From positions 8,278 to 72,277 of the forward strand of contig CAYJMJ010000008.1 in assembly GCA_964371095.1 (NCBI GenBank): a stretch of DNA of 64,000 bases, given 5' to 3'. This DNA comes from an uncultured Dehalococcoidia bacterium. GTDB lineage: Bacteria; Chloroflexota; Dehalococcoidia; DSTF01; JACRBR01. A model generated the notes under the pieces. The model was not told the DNA's origin and did not search any database. It saw only the letters and a program-made list of their open reading frames with translations. Positions within the stretch are counted from its first letter, which is position 1. Each line of letters starts with the position of its first letter. Both the position numbers and the translations under genes were made by a program. This document shows, piece after piece, positions 54,898-64,000 of this stretch.

Positions 54898-56055
54898 CTA
54901 GACCTTCGCCGCCGCCTCGGGGCGGCTTCCGCCGTGCGCCTGCGTCCGATATGACGTCACGCCCTCGATGACCTGCGCGATCTCGTCCTCGGTCAGCCCG
55001 GGAAACAGCGGCAGCGTCACGATGGTCTTCCACAGGCGCTCCGTGACCGGCAGCAGCTCCGTGGCGTAGGGCCGGTAGGCCGGGTGCAGGTGCGTCGGCA
55101 CGAAGTGGACGTGGCTGGCGACGCCGCGCGCCTTCAAGTGAAGGATCAGCGGATCGCGATGCTCGGCGGGCACGCGAATGACGTACTTGTGTTGCGCCGT
55201 CGACGCGTACTCCTTGAGCACCGGCGTCTTGACCCAGTCCAGCGCGGCGAACGCCTCGTCGTAGATGCCGGCGACCTCGCGCCGGCGATCGTTGTGCTTC
55301 TCGAGCTTGCGCAACTGTACGATGCCGATCGCGGCCGACAGGTCATTCATGTGGTGCCGGAAGCCGACCTCCTCCGTCACGTGGTAGTAATCCATCTCAC
55401 CCGGCGCGGCGGGCGTGCCCGGAGGGCGCGCATGTCCGAGCCACCGTAGCTTCCGCATGCGGAGATCCATCTCGGCATCCTGCAAAGTCACCATTCCGCC
55501 GGCGCCCGTCGCCAGGTTCTTGACGGGGTCGAAGCTGAACGTGTTGATCGGCCCGAACGAGCCGATCGGTCGGCCCTTGTACTTCGAGCCGCACGCGTGC
55601 GCGCTGTCCTGCAGCACCGGCAGGTTGTGCCGCGCGGCCAGCTCCATGATCGGATCCATGTCGCATGGATGCCCTGTGTAGTGGACGACGCAGATCGCCT
55701 TCGTGCGCGGCGTAATGCAGCGCTCGATCTCGGCTACTCCGAGGTTGCCGGTGTCTTCCTCCACGTCGGCGAACACCGGCACGCCGCCGCAATACAGGAT
55801 CGCGTGGTTGGTCGCCACGTACGTGAGCGACGTCGTGATCACCTCGCCCCCACCGATGTCGAGCACGGCGAATCCGAGGTGCAGCGCCGACGTACCCGAG
55901 TTCGCACCGATGGCGTGCGGCGCGCCGACGTACTCCGCGAACAGGCCCTCGAATTCCCTTGTCTTCGGTCCGAGGCCGAGCCAGCCCTTCTCCAGCGGCT
56001 CCTTGAGCGCGTACCACTCTTCCTCATCCAGTGAAGGCTTGAACACAGGTATCAA
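54898..56055 (-). CDS. DegT/DnrJ/EryC1/StrS nucleotide-sugar aminotransferase
   Basis: 'NSGTSALH', 'DSAHA', PLP Lys in 'SFDPVKNL'. Confidence 0.93.
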   Translation of the reverse strand: MIPVFKPSLDEEEWYALKEPLEKGWLGLGPKTREFEGLFAEYVGAPHAIGANSGTSALHLGFAVLDIGGGEVITTSLTYVATNHAILYCGGVPVFADVEEDTGNLGVAEIERCITPRTKAICVVHYTGHPCDMDPIMELAARHNLPVLQDSAHACGSKYKGRPIGSFGPINTFSFDPVKNLATGAGGMVTLQDAEMDLRMRKLRWLGHARPPGTPAAPGEMDYYHVTEEVGFRHHMNDLSAAIGIVQLRKLEKHNDRRREVAGIYDEAFAALDWVKTPVLKEYASTAQHKYVIRVPAEHRDPLILHLKARGVASHVHFVPTHLHPAYRPYATELLPVTERLWKTIVTLPLFPGLTEDEIAQVIEGVTSYRTQAHGGSRPEAAAKV

Positions 56056-57347
56056 CTTCGTCTCCTTGCCACGGCGATCTCTCCCGGCTCGGCGCTAACA
56101 CTCACTCGTGCCCCAGGCTCCCGGACCCGCTCCTCCTCGACCACTCCCGCCAGAAGCGCGGCAAGCTCTTCGGCGGACCTGTCAGACGTCCAGCGCCGCA
56201 CCGCGTCCTCGCGGGCCGCCCGGCCCATTTGCGCGCGCAACGCTGCGTCATCGAGCACGCGCACCACCGCCGAACCGAGCGCCGATGCGTCGCGCTCGCA
56301 CAGGAACCCCGACTCGCCGTCGACGACCGTCTCCGCCGGACCCGCTTCGCGCACCGCGACAACCGGCGTGCCGCTCGCCATCGCCTCCAACGCCGCAAGC
56401 CCGAGCGGCTCGAGATGCGGCGTGTACAGGAACACGCCGGCGACCCGGTACAGGCGTTTCAATTCCGAATCCGGCACCCGCTCCCGGACCTCCATCGCGA
56501 CGCCGCAAGCGCGCGCCACCGACTCGACGTAGCGCCGTTCCGCCGCCTCCGTATTGTTTGCGACCAGCACGAGCTTCGGCCGGCGCTCCGCCGGAATCGA
56601 CCCGACCGCGCGCACCGCCCAGTCGAAGCCTTTTCGTGACATCAGCTCGCCGACGCTCAGTACGAACCGCTCGTGCCGCTCATCGCCCGGCGCGAATGCC
56701 TCGGTGTCGACTCCCGCGTAGTTGACGCGGGGCTCCACGCCGTACACCCTCCGGGCGTATTCCGCCGTGTACGCCGAGTTCGTCAGCACGAGCCGGGCGC
56801 GGCGCGTACCCTCGACGTCCCACGCTCGCATCAGCGTGCCGTAGTAGGCGCGATGCCACATCCGCCGGAGCGCCGCCACGGCCGGATTGCGCGGGTAGGG
56901 CCGCGGCACCGGCGTCTCGTAAACCTGGCGCATCGGCTCGTGACAGTAGTACGCCGACGGCGTGCGGAGATGGCGCAACACGAGCGGCGCCTCCGTGTAT
57001 CCGCCGATGCTGGCGAATACGAGATCATACGCCCCGGCGTCGATCCGCGCCGCCATCTCCCGAGACGCGCGATCGAATCGCAGGAAGTCCGCGAACATGA
57101 GCGGCGCGTTCAGCGGCCGGAGGACGCGGAAAGGAACGCGCGGCAGATCGTGGAACGGTACGGAGACGGTTTCGTGCCGCGAGAATTCGCGCACATCCGG
57201 GTATTGCCTGCCGATCGAGTCACGGTCCAGGCAGTACAGGTCCAGGTCGTGATACCGGGTCAGCCGCGACACGCAGTCGTAGAGCCATCGACGCCCGCCA
57301 CCCCAGCCGACGTTGTAGTACACCGCGATCCGCCGCCGCTCGATCAC
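56052..57347 (-). CDS. GT4 family glycosyltransferase
   Basis: 'EPLGLAALEAMASGTPVV'; GTG 57347 overlaps the flippase TGA. Confidence 0.9.
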   Translation of the reverse strand: MIERRRIAVYYNVGWGGGRRWLYDCVSRLTRYHDLDLYCLDRDSIGRQYPDVREFSRHETVSVPFHDLPRVPFRVLRPLNAPLMFADFLRFDRASREMAARIDAGAYDLVFASIGGYTEAPLVLRHLRTPSAYYCHEPMRQVYETPVPRPYPRNPAVAALRRMWHRAYYGTLMRAWDVEGTRRARLVLTNSAYTAEYARRVYGVEPRVNYAGVDTEAFAPGDERHERFVLSVGELMSRKGFDWAVRAVGSIPAERRPKLVLVANNTEAAERRYVESVARACGVAMEVRERVPDSELKRLYRVAGVFLYTPHLEPLGLAALEAMASGTPVVAVREAGPAETVVDGESGFLCERDASALGSAVVRVLDDAALRAQMGRAAREDAVRRWTSDRSAEELAALLAGVVEEERVREPGARVSVSAEPGEIAVARRRS

Positions 57348-58807
57348 GTCCCTCTCCCGGCCCCTGCCGAACCCGGCTGAATCGCCACATCGACTGGCTC
57401 GCGGCGCACCAGGGCGCGAATCTCCTCGACCGATACGACGCGCGACAGCGCGATGCCGCCGAGGAGCAACGCGCACGTGATCGCCGCTTCCTCGAACCAC
57501 GGCAGGCGCAATAAGTAGACCACCGCACCCGCCAGGAAGGCGACGGGCATCAGCCTCCATGCAACCCAGAACGACGGCATATGGCCGATGTATCGGCTCA
57601 GGATCACAATCGCCGGCGCGAGCACCGCCAGTTCCGTCAGGACCGTCGCCGTCGCGGCGCCTTCGCGGCCGTACATCGGAATCAGTATCGCGTTCGACGA
57701 CAGGTTGACGGCGAGCCCTATGAAGGCGATCCAGAGCAGCACGCCCTGCTTGCCCACCGCGATCAGGCTGTAATCCACCAGGTTCGACAGCCAGATCAAG
57801 CCAAACGCCATCGAGAGAATACGCAGGCTCGTCACCGCCGGTGCGTATTCTTCGCCGCCGACCACGGCTACGATCGGCCGGGCGAACAGGATCATCAGCG
57901 TCAGCAGGCTGATGCCGATGATCGTCAGCACGTCCTGCGAGCGCTGGTATAGCTGCCGGAATTCGGCTCGCTCGGACGCCGCATGGTGGCTCGACAACAG
58001 CGGGAAGACCGACCCGATGAACATCAGACTCAAGGGCGCCGCCAGGTCCACGGCGCGATACGCGAAGCTGTAATACCCCACCGATTCGCGATCCGTCAGT
58101 GCCCTGAGCAGCACGATGTCAATCCTGCCGTAGGCGGCGATGACGACGACTGCGAGACCCAAAGGCGCGGCCTGGCGCAGGATGCCGCCCACGAGCGCCG
58201 GATCGAGGCGCAGCGAAGGCCGCACGAACTTGCGCGCGAAGTACAGGCACACTGCGCTGTTCACCAGGAATCCGGCATCGTACGCGATCAGCATCCGGAT
58301 GAGTCCGCCGCCCGAAGCCGCGACCGCGAACATCAACGCAAGGCTGGTCAGCGATTGCGCCACGCCCCCGAGCGCCGCGTATTCCATCCGCAGGCGTGCG
58401 ATGAAGATCGCCGAGTATGTGCTGCTGAACAGCATCAGCGGGAACGACAGCGAGGCGACGGCGATCGCCCGCCGCTCCGCCATCGAGTAATCGGCCACGA
58501 GAGCGACGATGATCGCCAGCGCCATCGAAAACAGCGAGAGCACCGCGCGCATCGCCAGCACGTTTCCCATCACCTGCTCGTCGTCGCGTTCACCAACGGA
58601 GAGGCGGCGGGCCACGATCGTGGAAATGCCCAGATCGCTGAGGTTCAGCAGGACGAGGAACGCGATGACGAGCTGGTACTGGCCGAACTCGTCCGGTCCG
58701 AGATACCGCGACAACAGCGTCAATATCGCCAGCGACACCGCCATCGTGATGCCGCGGCCACCGAACTGCACCAGGCTGTTACGCGCTACGTGTCGTGCGA
58801 CCGTCAT
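57344..58807 (-). CDS. Wzx-type polysaccharide flippase
   Basis: 'SRYLGPDEFGQY', 'GRIDIVLL', 'VGYYSFAYR', 'LIPMYGREGAA'; many TM segments. Confidence 0.92.
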   Translation of the reverse strand: MTVARHVARNSLVQFGGRGITMAVSLAILTLLSRYLGPDEFGQYQLVIAFLVLLNLSDLGISTIVARRLSVGERDDEQVMGNVLAMRAVLSLFSMALAIIVALVADYSMAERRAIAVASLSFPLMLFSSTYSAIFIARLRMEYAALGGVAQSLTSLALMFAVAASGGGLIRMLIAYDAGFLVNSAVCLYFARKFVRPSLRLDPALVGGILRQAAPLGLAVVVIAAYGRIDIVLLRALTDRESVGYYSFAYRAVDLAAPLSLMFIGSVFPLLSSHHAASERAEFRQLYQRSQDVLTIIGISLLTLMILFARPIVAVVGGEEYAPAVTSLRILSMAFGLIWLSNLVDYSLIAVGKQGVLLWIAFIGLAVNLSSNAILIPMYGREGAATATVLTELAVLAPAIVILSRYIGHMPSFWVAWRLMPVAFLAGAVVYLLRLPWFEEAAITCALLLGGIALSRVVSVEEIRALVRREPVDVAIQPGSAGAGRGT

Positions 58808-58827
58808 GCCGGCGGGTTTCCCCCAAG

Positions 58828-60339
58828 CTACGCTTCGGTCGCCTTGCAGTACACGAGCCCCAGCGCGTGCGCTCCAAGGCTTGTGAGCTCGCCCAACGTC
58901 TCTTCGACGCTTCGGCTGCTCGCCTGGCCTTCCGCGGCGACCAGGACGACGCTGTCGACCACAGGGGCGATCACCGCGGATCCGGCCGACACCGACATGG
59001 CCGAGCCGTCGACCACCACCACATCCCACTGGGTTTCCAGATAGTCGAGAAATTGCCGCATCTCGGCAGAAGCGAGCAGCTCCGACGGGTCGTTCATCTT
59101 CGTACCGGCCGTCAGCACGCTAAGACGCGGCACGGGCGACGCATGGATCGCCTCCGGTGCGGCTTCCGCTGGCGGCCTGGCAGGACGCACGCCATTGGCC
59201 GAAATGAAGTTGAACAGGCCCGGCGCCAGCGGAATGTTAAACAGCTTGTGCAGATCGGGCCGGTTGAGGTTCGCATCGAGCAACAGCACCCGGAGTCCGG
59301 CCTGCGCCATCGCCATGGCCGTATAGGTCGCCACCGTTGTGTTGCCCTCTTCGGGGCGGGCGCTCGTGAACAGGACGCTGCGGAAGTGCCCCTCGTGAAG
59401 CCCGGTCTGCAGCTTCGTTGCGAGCAGCCGGTAATCAGGCGACACGGGCGGTGGAGGGTATTTCCAGCGTATCCCGAACGGGATTGATGCCAGCACGGGC
59501 AGCCCCGTGACGCCCTCCAGGTCACGCACTCCACGCAACGTCGGGTCGACGTACTCGAGCACGAGCGAGAGTGCCACGCCGGCGGCCACGCCGGCGAGCA
59601 ACCCCGCGGCGAGATTGAACTTCCAGCGCGGACTGCTTGGCCCCGAAGGCGACTCGGCCGCCTCGACGACGCTGAATGCCCGGGCCGCCTGGCCCTGCTT
59701 CACACGCGCCGCCTCGAGCTGGCTCAACAGGCTCTGATAGGTAGTTCGCGAGGCCTCTACCACGGCCTCCTGGCTCAGGACCTCCGCGCTGGTTCCGCCG
59801 TTCGCCTGCAGGTTCGAGAGCTTCGCCTGTTCGTCTTGCATCACCTTGAGCTGTGCGTCGACCTGCGTGGTCAACGTCGCCGTCTGGTTGGTGATGGTCT
59901 GTGAAATGAACTGCGGGTCCTGCAGCAGGTTGGCGAGATCGTTCGCAATCGCCGCCGCCTCATCGGCCGTGCCGGCCTTTGCCGTCACCTTCACCAATTC
60001 CGTCTCGGCGATCGGCGTGGTTCCCACGTTGTCCGCCAGCTCGACCGGGGTCGTCTTCAGGTTCAGGTCGTCAATGACGCGCTTCATGAACCCGCGCGTC
60101 TTGATGATCCCGGAGTACGTGTTCACGAAGCGGGACGCCGCGTTCGGGTCCTGAACGTCGACGCCGGCCGCCGCAATGTCGACGCGCACGGTCGCGGTTG
60201 CCATGTACACCGGCTTGGTGAAGTAGCTCAACAGCGCCGCTCCCACCACCGCGAGCACGATGGGGATGGCGAGCACGAACTTCCGCCGGTTGACGAGCTG
60301 GAGGTAACGCTCGAGTTGAAGCTGGCTCTCTTCGTTCAC
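58828..60339 (-). CDS. Wzz/Wzc-type polysaccharide co-polymerase with degenerate BY-kinase domain
   Basis: TM-coiled coil-TM followed by P-loop-like 'TSARPEEGNTT', 'LLDANLNRP', 'VVVVDGS'. Confidence 0.85.
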   Translation of the reverse strand: MNEESQLQLERYLQLVNRRKFVLAIPIVLAVVGAALLSYFTKPVYMATATVRVDIAAAGVDVQDPNAASRFVNTYSGIIKTRGFMKRVIDDLNLKTTPVELADNVGTTPIAETELVKVTAKAGTADEAAAIANDLANLLQDPQFISQTITNQTATLTTQVDAQLKVMQDEQAKLSNLQANGGTSAEVLSQEAVVEASRTTYQSLLSQLEAARVKQGQAARAFSVVEAAESPSGPSSPRWKFNLAAGLLAGVAAGVALSLVLEYVDPTLRGVRDLEGVTGLPVLASIPFGIRWKYPPPPVSPDYRLLATKLQTGLHEGHFRSVLFTSARPEEGNTTVATYTAMAMAQAGLRVLLLDANLNRPDLHKLFNIPLAPGLFNFISANGVRPARPPAEAAPEAIHASPVPRLSVLTAGTKMNDPSELLASAEMRQFLDYLETQWDVVVVDGSAMSVSAGSAVIAPVVDSVVLVAAEGQASSRSVEETLGELTSLGAHALGLVYCKATEA

Positions 60340-60424
60340 GCCCCGCGCCCCCCACACCTCGGCGCCGCGTCAGCGCGGCAGGCCTGGGCCGGTGAAATCA
60401 GCCAACGAATGCGCCGGAGCCTCA

Positions 60425-61108
60425 CTACCAGGCGCCGCGACCGTTGGCGACCACGAACGGCGTCCGCACCAGTATCGTCAGGTCGAGCCACAGCGACCAG
60501 CGCTCGATGTACTCGAGATCCAGGTCCACCATCTCTTCGAACCCGAGTTCGCTGCGGCCGCGCACCTGCCAGAGGCCGGTGATGCCCGGCGTCGCTGCCA
60601 GCCGTTGCATGTGGCGAGGCTCGTAATGGGCGACCTCCCGCGGGAGCGGCGGCCGCGGACCGACCAGGCTCATCTCGCCCCTGAGCACGTTCAACAGGTT
60701 CGGCAGTTCGTCGAGGCTGGTCCGCCGGATGAATCCACCCACTGGCGTGATGCGGGGATCCCGCCGGATCTTGAAAATCATCGGCGTGTCGTGGTTGTTC
60801 TCGCATTCAAGCTCATCCCGAGTCTGCTCGGCGTCCTCCCGCATCGAACGAAACTTGTAGAACGTGAACGGTCGCCCGAACCGCCCGACGCGCACCTGGC
60901 GAACCAGGACTGGACCAGGCGACGATAGCTTCACCACGAGGGCAACGACGAGCATCGGCGCGGCGAGCACGATCAGGATGGCGGCCGCCGACAGGCGGTC
61001 GAGGACGTTCTTGACGGCGTAGCCGACGCCGGCGAGGTCCGGGTACTCCGCCGCTTCGGACGAGGCGGCGAAGTCCAGTTCCGCGTCTCTGCTCGACACA
61101 CTTCGCAT
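60425..61108 (-). CDS. Priming sugar-phosphate transferase (WcaJ/PglC-like catalytic domain only)
   Basis: 'YKFRSM', 'DPRITPVG', 'SLDELPNLLNVLRGEMSLVGPRP', 'PGITGLWQV'. Confidence 0.93.
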   Translation of the reverse strand: MRSVSSRDAELDFAASSEAAEYPDLAGVGYAVKNVLDRLSAAAILIVLAAPMLVVALVVKLSSPGPVLVRQVRVGRFGRPFTFYKFRSMREDAEQTRDELECENNHDTPMIFKIRRDPRITPVGGFIRRTSLDELPNLLNVLRGEMSLVGPRPPLPREVAHYEPRHMQRLAATPGITGLWQVRGRSELGFEEMVDLDLEYIERWSLWLDLTILVRTPFVVANGRGAW

Positions 61109-61675
61109 AATTGCTATCCTGCGCGACCGGCGGCGTTCCTTCGCCTGCCACCTACGAAGCCGGAGAGACTGCCGATGTTGCGGGGCGGAGTATTCAGAAT
61201 GAACATAACACCCTTCAGGTAGGCGATCAACGCGGCCCGGCGATGGCCCGGCATGGTGTCAAGTACGCCACGCCCGGCCCGCGGCCATTCCCGTCATGTC
61301 GGGGTCCCGGATCGTCGTTCGCAAGTCCTAACGCGGCACGGCGGTCCGCATTACGACGACGCCGGCCGACGGTACGGCGCAACCCAGCAGACTCTAGAAT
61401 CCCGGCGAACGTAGCACCATGACCCGTGCGACGACGTCGCACGACTGTTAGGTGCATGGCATCCATTATCGTAGCATCTGTTGCGCCGGCGTTATGTGCC
61501 GGGCCACGGAACCGGAGAAATTCGCTGAAGTGCGACCGCGCTACTGGCCGGCCGAGCCTTCACGTGCTGATCCGCTACAATCCCATCGCCTCCGAGACGG
61601 TGCGAGCCGGAGGCGGCGGGTCCGCACCGGAGCCGATGCGTCAGTTCCGCCCACCTTGAAGGAGTCCGGAGTCCA

Positions 61676-62653
61676 TTGGCGTTGACCGACGATCCAGGTG
61701 CCGATGGACCTATCCTCGTGACGGGTGGCGCCGGATTCGTCGGTGCCACGCTCGTGGCGGACTTGCTGGCCGAAGCTCGCTCCGTCGTCGTCTACGACAG
61801 CTTCTTCACCGGCGTTCGCCCGAATTCCGCTTCGGGGCTCACCGTCATCGACGGCGATATCCGCGACGAATTGCGCCTGAGAGCCGTTGTCCAGGAGCAT
61901 GCACCAGCCGCCGTCATCCACCTGGCGGCGCTTCACTACATCCCGTATTGCGACGCACACCCGGTCGACACGATGCTCGTCAACGTGGTCGGCTTGCAGG
62001 CGCTGCTCGAGGCGTGCCGCGGCGCTCGCCTGTCCCGTCTCGTGTTTGCCTCGTCGGCCGCCGTCTACGGCATCTCATCGAGCCCGCATAGCGAGGACAT
62101 CCCGCCGGACCCCCAGGACGTCTACGGATTGAGCAAGCACGTCGGCGAGCAGCAGGTGTCCGCGTTTCATCGAACCACCGGCACGCCGTGCGTCATAGCA
62201 CGGCTCTTCAATGTGTACGGACGCGGCGAGACGAACCCTCACGTCATCCCGGAGATCCTGCGCCAGCTCGCCGAGCACGGCGATGCACTCGAGCTCGGGA
62301 ACGTCACTCCACGGCGTGACTACGTGCACGTGACCGACGTCTCTCGGGCGCTGCGCCTGTTCCTGGGTTCGACGGACCCGGCCTGCCGCACGTACAACGT
62401 AGGCACGTCGCATGCCGTATCCGTCGCCGAGATCGTGGCGGAGCTGGAGGCGATTCTCGGCCACACGATCGCCGTCGAACAAGCGGCGGGCAAGCTGCGG
62501 ACCGTCGATCGGCCCAACCTCCAGGCCGACATCTCGCGGCTGCGCGCGGACTTCGGCTGGAGTCCGAACACGACGCTTTCCGACGGCCTGCGCGACCTCG
62601 CCGCGCAGCTGCCGCCCAGCGCGGCCGCGAAACCAGGACGACCCGAGCGATGA
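61676..62653 (+). CDS. NAD-dependent epimerase (GalE-like)
   Basis: 'TGGAGFVG', 'ASSAAVYG', 'YGLSK', 'RLFNVYG', 'RDYVHVTD'; TTG start. Confidence 0.9.
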   Translation: MALTDDPGADGPILVTGGAGFVGATLVADLLAEARSVVVYDSFFTGVRPNSASGLTVIDGDIRDELRLRAVVQEHAPAAVIHLAALHYIPYCDAHPVDTMLVNVVGLQALLEACRGARLSRLVFASSAAVYGISSSPHSEDIPPDPQDVYGLSKHVGEQQVSAFHRTTGTPCVIARLFNVYGRGETNPHVIPEILRQLAEHGDALELGNVTPRRDYVHVTDVSRALRLFLGSTDPACRTYNVGTSHAVSVAEIVAELEAILGHTIAVEQAAGKLRTVDRPNLQADISRLRADFGWSPNTTLSDGLRDLAAQLPPSAAAKPGRPER

Positions 62654-63816
62654 GGGTCGCCATGGTTGGACCGTATCCGGTGGGCGGCATCGCCACCGGC
62701 GGCATCGCGGCGGTCGCGGCCGCACTCGCCGCGGCCCTCGCCCGGCTCGATGACATCGACCTCCACATTGTCACATCGACCCCGCCGGGCCGCCGGGCCG
62801 AGTCGAGCGGCGGCCCGCCGGTCCACGTCGTCGCGGACTCTGGCCGGTGGCGCCGAATCACGATGTATCGCAGCGAGCGCGCGGCGATCGCCCACTGTCT
62901 TCGGCAGATCAGGCCGGACGTCGTCCACGTTCAGGGCCAGAACTACTTCGCTGTCGGCGCATTGGCAGCGGGCCTGCCGACGATTGTCACGCTGCACGGC
63001 ATGCTGGCGCGCGAAGCCGCCATCACGGACCGCCGGAGCCGCTGGACAGAGCGGCTGTCGAAGCGGGTGCGCGGCCGGTTCAACGCCTCCTTCGAGAAGG
63101 CGACGCTCCGCCGCGCGCAGGACCTGATCGTCATCAGCCCCTACGTAGCCCGCTCAATCGCGGGCCGAACGCACGCGCGGCTCCACACGATCGCCAACCC
63201 GATCGACGATGCCTTCTTCGACGTGCCCGACGCTCAGCAGCCCGGCCGCATCTTCTTCGCAGGCGCAATCGAGCCCCGCAAGGGGCTCCACGACCTGCTG
63301 GAGGCGGTCCGCCTGATGCGGACCCGCCACGTGCCCGTCGAGCTGCGGATCGCCGGCGCCGATGCCGACGCCGGTTACGCCGCGTCCCTGCGTGCCGCCG
63401 CGGCGAGCGCCGGACTTGGCGACGCGGTCCGCTTCCTCGGCGTGATCACGCAGGCTTCTCTGTTCGATGAGTACGCGGCCGCGGCGCTCGTCGTAATGTC
63501 GTCCGTCGAGGAAACGTCGCCAATGCTGCTGCAACAGGCGATGGCCGCCGGCAGAGCGACCGTGGCACCGATGGTGGGCGGGATACCGGACCTGATCGAG
63601 GACGGCGTCACGGGCCGCGTCGTCGCCCCGGCCGACCCTTCGGCCTTGGCTCGCGCGATCGCGGAACTGCTGGCCGACCCTGTCGCCCGCCATCGCTTCG
63701 GCCGCGAGGGTCGCCGCCGCGCCGAGGCGCGCTTCCGTGCAGCCACGGTCGCGGAAAGCACGCGCGACGCGTATCGCGAGGCCATCGCCCTCCAATCGCC
63801 TCGCGGGAACCGGTAG
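62650..63816 (+). CDS. GT4 family glycosyltransferase
   Basis: 'GAIEPRKG', 'EETSPMLLQQAMAAG', 'GGIPDLIEDG'; ATGA overlap. Confidence 0.9.
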   Translation: MRVAMVGPYPVGGIATGGIAAVAAALAAALARLDDIDLHIVTSTPPGRRAESSGGPPVHVVADSGRWRRITMYRSERAAIAHCLRQIRPDVVHVQGQNYFAVGALAAGLPTIVTLHGMLAREAAITDRRSRWTERLSKRVRGRFNASFEKATLRRAQDLIVISPYVARSIAGRTHARLHTIANPIDDAFFDVPDAQQPGRIFFAGAIEPRKGLHDLLEAVRLMRTRHVPVELRIAGADADAGYAASLRAAAASAGLGDAVRFLGVITQASLFDEYAAAALVVMSSVEETSPMLLQQAMAAGRATVAPMVGGIPDLIEDGVTGRVVAPADPSALARAIAELLADPVARHRFGREGRRRAEARFRAATVAESTRDAYREAIALQSPRGNR

Positions 63817-63827
63817 TCTGCGCCGCG

Positions 63828-63998
63828 TCAGTTTCCGATCGGTGGTGCCAGCGGCTGCCGGGGTGAGCCTCCGCCGCCGACGCTCGCGGGGCCGTTGTTG
63901 TCGACGACCGCCAGCAGGCCGAAGACCCTCATCATATCGTCGTACCACGGCCCCGCCGTGGCCTCGATACGGTATCCGAAGGCGTCCCTGAACTCCCC
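63828..63998 (-). CDS. C-terminal end of a gene truncated by the window edge
   Basis: Open frame GEFRDAFGYRIEATAGPWYDDMMRVFGLLAVVDNNGPASVGGGGSPRQPLAPPIGN-stop; protein-like composition; family not named. Confidence 0.6.
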   Translation of the reverse strand, partial: GEFRDAFGYRIEATAGPWYDDMMRVFGLLAVVDNNGPASVGGGGSPRQPLAPPIGN

Positions 63999-64000
63999 GG

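Overview
High-GC bacterial chromosomal segment. The gene set points to an aerobic Chloroflexota, probably Dehalococcoidia/Tepidiformales-like; this is inferred from the mycofactocin-type SDR, the F420-dependent LLM, the archaellin-like domain and the HdrB-type succinate dehydrogenase. From left to right: (i) lipid/acyl-CoA catabolism and redox genes (1-19.4 kb); (ii) a PAS-LuxR regulator followed by an unusual A2-type heme-copper oxidase operon (19.4-24 kb); (iii) ruvA, a degenerate GGDEF protein, an F420 LLM and a type-E sdhAB-hdrB operon (24-30.5 kb); (iv) housekeeping genes tlyA, nadK, NUDIX, ruvC, yebC, panDBC with an attenuator leader, dac, mutM and polA (31.9-48 kb); (v) a Wzy-type polysaccharide cluster (49.8-63.8 kb). 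I found no rRNA, tRNA, CRISPR array, integrase or transposase. The most striking item is the oxidase. Subunit II carries a fused type-1 blue-copper domain where caa3 enzymes carry cytochrome c. By manual alignment, three K-proton-channel residues (subunit I Lys and Ser, subunit II Glu) are all replaced, while the D-channel, YS motif, cross-link Tyr and metal ligands are intact. Other notable items: a nuclease-like/HPRT fusion, an orphan membrane-anchored archaellin-like protein, a Wzc pseudokinase, a cupredoxin/diguanylate cyclase gene pair, a switchable pan leader, structured intergenic DNA at 42.5 kb, and heptamer arrays abutting leaderless promoters. All family calls come from motif recognition by eye. 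No database search was run.
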